Of a DNA stretch of 64,000 nt, positions 54,392 through 64,000 are shown in pieces. The position numbers and the translations under genes were made by a program. Source of the DNA: Octopus vulgaris. Its lineage: Eukaryota. The stretch is from positions 12,338,001-12,402,000 of the forward strand of contig OX597832.1 of assembly GCA_951406725.2 (NCBI GenBank), read 5' to 3'. Every line of letters begins with the position of its first letter. The stretch's first letter is position 1. The notes under the pieces were generated by a model. That model worked only from the letters and a program-made list of their open reading frames with translations. It did no database searches and was not told the DNA's origin.

Positions 54392-55095
54392 GTGTGAATG
54401 TATGTATGTATACATATATGTATGTATGCATATATATGTATCTATGTATTTATACACACACATTCCCACGTTTGTACATTAATAATACTTTCTCTGTATG
54501 GCTATCTATATATATCTATCTATCGATAGATAGATAGATAGACAAACAGACATACATACACGTACATACATCATGCATACATACATATACTATATATAAT
54601 TTAGAAGCTAAAAGATGTATGCATATATATAAGTATAGTTTCATGACATAGAATGGTAGACAGAAATGTCGATATAGATATATTGATAATTCCTATGTTA
54701 TATCTTTTTTTATTCTCCAGCAACCGCCCTCTCTCTTCCTCCCCCTCTCCCTCTCTCTTTCCGTCTCTCTCCCTCTCTCTCTTTCTCTTTCTTGTCGGAC
54801 ACCCTCTATGTACTCAGCTCTTTCTTTTTCCCTGTCATGCACATATTCACACACAACCGATACAATCTCACAGGCGCATATGTCTTCTAAGTCCAATTCC
54901 TCTCCTCCGTCTCTCTCTCCATCTCTCTCTCTCTCTCTCTTCTTTCGTCTCTGTCTCTCCCTTCCTCACAATCTTTTCCCCTATCTCCTCTTTCTCCGAG
55001 TTACCTTTCAATAAAAATATCACTGATTTATGATCATCATTCCAATTATATTGTTGGTCTACGCATACACTACCGCACATGAGTATGCATATGCT

Positions 55096-55167
<72 letters not shown>

Positions 55168-55340
55168 TGCATATATATGTTTGTGTATATATATATACAT
55201 ATATATATACACACATATATACATATATATACTTATATATACATACATATATATGTATATGTATATATATACATATACATACTTATATTATATATGCACA
55301 TATATTTATATATACATATATATATATATGTGTATATGTA

Positions 55341-55398
<58 letters not shown>

Positions 55399-57925
55399 CG
55401 TGAGTGTAAGTATGTATTTATATGAGTCATTATGTTATTACTCGGGATTTCATGCGAGTTTGAAAATCCCACGCAATCAAATACACTATTTCGAGAATTG
55501 TGTCAAGGGTGGTGTTTATTTCTGCAGAACACCGGTAAATACTCTTCTCATCAATCAAAGCACTTCACGATTTGAAACGCTTGCAGATAAAAGAAAGTAA
55601 CTGGGTCACCATGATGTAAATGGTCTCGCGCATGCAACAGCCAAATTATAATGTTATGTGATTAGATCATTAGTCCCGCGCAACAAGTTACTTAAGCAGT
55701 TTCCCTGAATTGTTAATGAAATAATCAGTAGACACCACTTTGATATCGTAAACTTTTATTTTTTCTAAATCTGAGTCGCGTCTTCTGAAGACGTGGTGTT
55801 CGTGAGAGATATCTCCATGATAGCGAGATCAGGACAGTAACCTTGAATAGAATGTGCTTGCTATAACATGCCGATAGTTACAAGGTCAACAAACGAGAAT
55901 ATTCATTTGCAGCATATCTTCAGACGGAACTATTATGTTAGTGATGTAAGACACACGTAGATTTTGTTTTTGTTATCTGGCACTCTTAGAAAGCGAATTT
56001 CTCTTCATAACTGTGGGTTGTACAAAGATGGTAGTATTACAGGTCAATAAACAGCTATACCACTAAGAATTTAAAGGACTTAAAGCACATACCTGTCGAT
56101 CGCCAGTTCTCTAGACACAACTCTAATCTTAAACTGAGGAAAAACTTACCTCTATGAACGCCAAACATAAAATCTACATACATATATAAAAGATCCATCT
56201 CTCACAATCCTAAATGCCAACGTGTAGGTATGATTCAAAGTTGCTTACGATGTTGCATCAGACAAGGACATCTTTGATGAAGCTGTCATCTGTTATATCG
56301 AAGAGTTAGTAAAAGCGGTTTCAGCAAGGAGGCATATTACTCTGAGAATCCATCTGCTACTCGATATTTGTAGAGTGTAATAAGAGTAAGGTAACCAAGT
56401 TAATATAGCGACATACACGGGGAGTTTTCTAGGATGTAGATGAGGTATTCATTGCTCTATTAAGTTAAAAAATATTCACTTATATATAAATAAAATAAGT
56501 TTTTCAATGTACAGAACACTAACGTCAGCCTTACTGGCCTGGAAAACATTGCATGCCAAACCATCTCAACATAAGATATTCTGTATAGAGTCAACATAAA
56601 ATATTCTGTATAAAAAAAATCAAATGATATATTGAGCACCGAAAAAACACGCTGGGCGTCATTGAAGGCAATTATGATTAATTTACTGCGAAGACATTCA
56701 ATTATCATTAAGGAATAGAAATTATTCTCCTTCCTTGTACAAATTAAACAGGAAAATCAATCAGCAAGGATGCTTAGTTCTTTAATAAAGTGAGCCATTA
56801 TTACTGTGGCTGTTGCATATAGGAAAAAAAAACATGTAATTCTTTTTATCGCTTTACCAACAAATTTCAGATATTGAAGCGACCATAATATTTTCTGCTC
56901 GATATCTGACATATTGTTAAACTAGCATCATTCAGAGATTTTACACCAGAAACATATCCCTGCATCTGAACAATCATATTCAACTTGAATTTGTGAAAAT
57001 GAGGTCATATGTGTTGAGTAATTATCTTTGATGGTGTCTTTAGACGTGGATTATGTTTCCATTCTTACTTTACAGAGGTCGTCAATATTCCTTTAGTTTG
57101 CAACGGATTCGACGACATGTCATGCATTGGTCAACAAGAAATGAATTTACTAGGGTCAGGGAAAACACTAACTATTATATTATTTCTTGAAATTTTGTAA
57201 TTAATCAAGAACGTATTTTGCGCAAATGTGAAATTCCCAGTAATAAGAGTATGAATATATATCCATCCTTTCATCCATCCATCAATCCATCCACCCATCC
57301 ATACATCTACGACTAGAGCAAAGTATGGCTAAATTTGAAATTTAGAGGAAAGAATGCAAATCCTTAAATTATACTCTAGAAATAAACATGGTACGTTGAA
57401 TTGTAAAAGTCTGCAAGACCCTCTTAAGAGTTCAAGGATATCGCTTAAATTAATATATTTTCATTCTCGACCTTGTAACGAAGTCGGTAGCGGATCAAAG
57501 TTTTGTCAAAATTTAAAAAAGAGAAACAGGAGACACACACACACAACCCTCCCACACATACATACATGCATACATACATATATACAAAAAGTGAGAACAA
57601 GGGCACTATGATACAGTCATAGAGACATACTACATATATAAATATATATATATATATATATATGTATATATGTAACTATTTTGTACGTAATTGTATTTTG
57701 TGGATCAAAACAAACTCTCCTAGCCTACACTGTAATACCAAGTCCATTCGATGTTGGTTGCAGAGAATTGTGTTTATATATCCTGCAAAATATGGTTTGG
57801 AAATGCAGGTTACAAACACCTGTCATCATACGTTGAAACGACAGGAAGCTTATGTCTAAAGAAACGAAATAATGATGATACCCTTAAACGTGCGACTTCG
57901 TTAGCACTATTTCTTATCAGGCCCA

Positions 57926-58674
57926 GGCGGTGATCTGGCAGAATCGTTAGCATGATGTGCTGGACAGAATGCTTAGCGGCATTTCGCCCGTCGCTATTTT
58001 CTGAGTTCAAACTCTGCCGAGGTCAACTTTGCAATTCATTCTTTCGGGGTCGATCTAATCGACTGGCCCTTTCCCCAAAAATTTCGAGCCTTTTGCATAG
58101 AGTAGAAAGGAATTGTCAGCACGCTGGACGGAATGGTTTGCGGTATTTCGTCCGTCACCACGTTCTGAATTCAAATTCCGCCGAGGTCAAATTTGCCTTT
58201 CATCCTTTCGGGATCAATGAAATTATTCGATATAATCGGCTAGCACTGGGGTCGATTTAATCGACTAGCCCCCTTCACCCTAAATTTTCAAGGCCTTGTG
58301 CCTAGAGTAGAAATAATTATTTCCTCTCAGGCCAAGGTGGCGTGCAGGCAGAGTAGTTAGCACGCATGGAGAAATGCTAACCGGCATTTCACCCGTCATT
58401 ATGTTCTGAGTTCAAATTCCGCAGGAGTCAACCTTGCCTTTCATCCTTTTGGGGTCCATAAATTAAATATCAGTGAAACACTGGGGTTGATTCTGTTGTG
58501 TCTGGGGAGAGTCATTTTCTTTTTGTGCCTTATGATGTCACACTCTCACCAGTAAAACTTCCAATTGTTTCTTATTTCTATTTCCTAAAATTTTCGTTGC
58601 ATCTTGGGGTTGATGTAAGCGACTAATCTCCCCCACCCCAAAGCTTCCGTTCTTATGCCTTTAATCGAAAGGAT
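57926..58674 (+). mobile_element. Array of three family A SINEs; the third is interrupted by a 113-bp insertion
   Basis: The flanking motif tattt...tcaggc recurs at 57908, 58318 and 58675. Insert 58492-58604 is flanked by tggggttgat. Confidence 0.85.
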
Positions 58675-59017
58675 TATTTTCTATCAGGCGTTATTGAATT
58701 GTACACTGGGGTCTAATGCAACATAATGGATTTCACAGTACATCTGTAGGTCGAAATGCAGCTAATTAGTTATATAGTAGAATGTATATAAACCGGAGAT
58801 CTTGCTCTGTGACAACCGTCTTTGCTATTCCTGAAGTTGGACGAACGAAGTCTCAATGTGATAAAGGAAATTATTGTTTACGAATGTTTGCCTCATGTTT
58901 GGTAACATGGCTCAAAGAATCATGTTTAACTGGTACAGTCTGAGAATTTTCCTTTCTTATAGGATGAGTCATAATTTTTATTTTCCTTTAAATTGTTTAA
59001 GAGAAATGAAGGATTGC

Positions 59018-59436
59018 AAAGGCGGTGAGCTGGCACAATCGTTAGCGCGCCGGGCGAAATGCAAAGCGGTATTTCGTCTGCTGCTACGTTCTGAGTTCAA
59101 ATTCCGCCGAGGTCGACTTTGCCTTTCATCCTTTCAGGGCCGATAAATTAAGTACCAGTTACGCACTGGGGTCGATATAATCGACTTAATCCGTTTGTCT
59201 TTCCTTGTTTGTCGTCTCTGTGTTTAGCCCCTTGTGGGTAGTAAAGAAATAGGTATTTTGTCTGTTTTTACGTTCTGAGTTCAAATTCCGACGAGGTCGA
59301 CTTGGCATTTTCAATGTGTCGGGTTTGATTAAATAACTACCAGTTACGCACTGGGGTCAATATAATCGACTTAATCCGTTTGTCTGTCCCTGTTTGTCCC
59401 AGCTATATTTAGCCCCTTGTAGGTAGTAAAGAAATA
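59018..59436 (+). mobile_element. Family A SINE, full unit plus internal duplication, with TSD
   Basis: 59068-59251 is repeated from 59252. TSD agaaatgaag(g/t)attgc at 59002-59017 and 59437-59452. Confidence 0.9.
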
Positions 59437-60778
59437 AGAAATGAAGTATTGCGCCCATAGTGTTTGTCATCTTTCTGTACGTCGTAGGTTAACAGGAAGA
59501 ACACACTCTCATATCAGAGACCTAGCTCAAATACTTCTAATCAAAAGGATTCGGGTGCTAGGTGGTTGTGGTGGTTTAAAGCGGATAGCGGATTAGATTT
59601 ATCATGAAAGAACAGTGCGTGTTTAAATACTGAGTTGTATTCTAGTAGAAATACGTAAGCAGAAAGTGAAATAGAATGAGTGAGGGAGACAGGGAGAAAT
59701 GTAGAAGATAGACGAAAATAGGAACAGATTCTAGAGCGCGATGTTTCACGGTAATAGAAGCAACATCTCATTGACATACATGTATTATTGCCTCCAATCT
59801 TCCACGGGGTCGATAACGGAAGTGCTAGTCAAGTGCTGGCGTAGATAGAAATAAATATGTCACATTCTCAACATGTATGGCCTTGTGCCAAATTTTGAAA
59901 TTATTATTAGTCACATCAGTGCTTCGAGAAATGAGAGCAAATTGATGCAGTTCTCTATTTCTTCTGATATTTATATACTTTCTAACTTGATGATATGGCT
60001 TCTTACTTTAATTTTCTACTACTGGATACACCACATATACTCCAACTAACACTTCTTTAGTTCATTCATACTGCTTTAGGCACGAAACGATTTTAATTTT
60101 GTCATTGATTATAGCAACTGATTCCGCAATAATTTTATATGTCGATTCCACTGCCTGGTATCTCGTAAGATAACCTCGAGTTGATGCAAATATTGTGAGT
60201 TACAAGGGTAGGTAAGGAATATAAGTAAACCTCTTGGATGTACTGCGTGTTCAAAAAGGTGATCTACCTTTGTCTTGCTTTATAACACAAATTATGATTA
60301 GAATTAATAGCATGCATATACCCAGTCTCTCACCTTAAAATTTACAAGTTATATTATTTTATTCAAGCCAGAGGAGTCAGATGGCCGATTAATGGAATTC
60401 CACACCGATTACTGGAATTGCTTTGCATATAATTAACCGAGAACACACCATGTACTTCTGAACAAGACGTTGGTACGCTGCTGTGTTCAAGATCAGTACT
60501 TTTGAGTGGAGGGCTGCTAAGTCGAATACATAAGCCCCAGAATTTGATTATTACTGATTTTATCAACTCCTTGAGAACGAAAGGCTTGGTAGACCGCAAC
60601 GTGATTTGAACAGAGGATGTAACAAGAAGCTTAGCATTTAGTCCGAGGAACCAGATTTACATAACAATACAATAGTTCTGTTGGTCGTGCAGCAAATTGC
60701 AAAAGCTTTCTCTGTTTTTGCACATACACACACATATACATATGTATATATACATATATACATACATATATATATTTA

Positions 60779-60937
60779 CAGGAGCGGCTGTGTAGTAAGT
60801 AGCTTGCTTATCAACCACATGGTTCCGAGTTCATTCCCACTGCTTGGCACCTACGTCAAGTGTCGTCTACTATAGCCTCGAGCCGACCAAAGCCTTGTGA
60901 GTGGATTTGGTAGACAGAAACTGAAAGAAGCCTGTCG

Positions 60938-60984
<47 letters not shown>

Positions 60985-61230
60985 GTATGTATATATATGT
61001 ATGTATTTATGTGTGTGTGTATATGCTTGTGTGTCTGGGTTTGTCCTTCCCCAAAATCGCTTGACAAACGATGGTGGTGTGTTTACGTCCCCGTAATCTA
61101 GCAGATCGGCAAAAGACACCGATAGAATAAGTACTATGCTTACAAAGAATAAATCCTGGGTTCGATTTACTCGACTAAAGGCGGTGCTCCAGCATGGCTG
61201 AAGTCAAATAACTGGAACGAATGAACAGAG
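60779..61230 (+). mobile_element. Full-length family B SINE
   Basis: ggagcggctgtgtagtaagtagcttgc...ggcggtgctccagcatggc. Confidence 0.9.
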
Positions 61231-61581
61231 TATATATACATCTATATATATACATATATCTATGTATGTATAAATGGTATCGAAGTTATCGATATTTTAG
61301 ATTCCAGTGTTGACGTTAATATAATATCCTATTTCAGGAGTGATTCCTAATTTATTGGTAGAATCTTCTTTCGCGATTTTTGTTACTCTTTCTCTTTTGC
61401 CATTAAACAGGACTAAATTTAACATTATATATGTCAATTTCACCCCTTTCCTTTCCTGTTACCCTCTGTCTCCCACGAACTTACATACGCATCTATATAT
61501 GTTCGTGTGTCTGTGTTTATACATATCTATCTATCTCTGTATTCACATACAGAATACATACATATATGAACATATACATAC

Positions 61582-61646
<65 letters not shown>

Positions 61647-61665
61647 TATATATATATATATGCAC

Positions 61666-61697
<32 letters not shown>

Positions 61698-61714
61698 GTA
61701 TATATATATATGTA

Positions 61715-61761
<47 letters not shown>

Positions 61762-62329
61762 GCACACATCATAAATGTGTGTGTATGTATATGTTTAAAT
61801 GTATTTATCTCATATATATCACGTCCTACCAAATTTGTCTTGTTCTGCATACCCTCATGTCTATCAATCAAATTGGTCTACTAAATAGATTTCTGTCTAA
61901 TTCTATAAGAAGACCTACGTTTACTTTTATTTTTCCTTAGATATATCATTTTTTTTCATTTTTCTTATCTTTATTTTCTTTCGTTTTGTCTTTATTTTTC
62001 TTTCCGTTTCACGCCTTGAATCTCATATTTCTAATAGAATTTATTCTCGCATTCCTGCTCTTTTCGATCTCTCACTAACTTATTTTCTATATTCCCGCAT
62101 CGCTTCCTATCATGTATGTGTTCCTTGCCCAGTCTTGAATGAATGGCATAACATACCTTTCATCTTCGGTTGAAACCATATCGTAGTAATAAGATGTTTC
62201 ATATCCTATTTTGTGCTCCTACGTTTTTCGTAATACTTTTCATATCTATATAGAAATAACAGCCAAATTCACCTAAATCATATTTCACATTCTTAGAAAA
62301 AAATTAAGGCATTATAGGTGAAAGAAAGC

Positions 62330-63267
<938 letters not shown>

Positions 63268-63699
63268 GACGGTTACTGGAGTTCCATAGAGTTTATGTAA
63301 CCGGGATCACAACGTTCTTTTGAATAAGATGTTGGTAGATTATTGTGTTCAAGTGCAGCAGTTTTATGTGGTAGGTGAATCCGATTGAAACAACCGCAGG
63401 ATTTGACGGTTACTTTATCTCACCAACACCTTGGGATGAAGCGCAAGCTGGACCTCAGCTTCATTGGAACGTACAGAGACTCTGACCATATAGTCTAGCG
63501 TGCTTAAGATTCCGCCAGATAACCTCCTTCCTATCCATTGTTATCCACATATAATTACCAACAGATTTATATTGCAATGCAATAGTAATTTGCAGAGAGA
63601 GACCCTGTGAGACTTCTGACAACAGGTTGCTGTCTGCTCTCACAGAATCAACTTGAGCAACTAAGACAGAGAGCTCTGAGATGTTAAATAATAATAATA

Positions 63700-63900
63700 T
63701 TAAAAATTTCAAATTTTGGCACAAGACCAGTCATTTAGGGAGACAGGGTAAGACTATTACCTTGACTCAAGTACTCAACTGATACTTATTTCATTGATTC
63801 TGAAAGGATGAAAGGCAAAGTTGACCATTGCAAAATTTGAACTCAGAATTTAAAGATGGGTGAAATTCCGCTAAACATGTCACCTGGTTTGCTAATGATT
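63700..63900 (-). mobile_element. Diverged family A SINE
   Basis: gaaaggatgaaaggcaaagttgacc...tttgaactcagaa; tail tttcaaattttggcacaag. Confidence 0.75.
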
Positions 63901-63926
63901 TGATAATACTTGGGACATGAATACAG

Positions 63927-63996
63927 TAAAGCTTGTAGCTGTGATAAAGCTTGTAGCTCTGATAAAGCTTGTAGCTGTGATAAAGCTTGTAGCTGT
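63927..63996. repeat. 18-bp minisatellite (gataaagcttgtagctgt) x~4
   Basis: Directly visible at the window end. Confidence 0.9.
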
Positions 63997-64000
63997 AATA

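Overview
AT-rich, microsatellite-saturated animal genomic DNA, very likely an Octopus (coleoid cephalopod) genome, judged from the tRNA-derived SINE families and repeat landscape. The only convincing protein-coding sequence is the first coding exon of a neuroligin-family gene (+ strand, 32148-32598, ending at a phase-1 GTAAGT donor). I found no further neuroligin exon, so the remaining ~31 kb is probably intron. Almost all other ORFs in the track are translations of simple repeats or SINEs. The rest consists of at least three SINE families (many with target-site duplications, nested or stacked), Tc1/mariner relics, and micro/minisatellites. The most interesting signal is a set of short modules, mostly embedded in (TA)n/(CA)n tracts, that carry minimal type-I hammerhead ribozyme motifs with palindromic stem III, as described for Penelope-like elements. 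One copy has an intact catalytic core on the sense strand of the neuroligin intron (37068-37110). Another module sits behind a tRNA-like Pol III head (19341-19745), suggesting a ribozyme-bearing, possibly Penelope-dependent SINE/retrozyme-like element.
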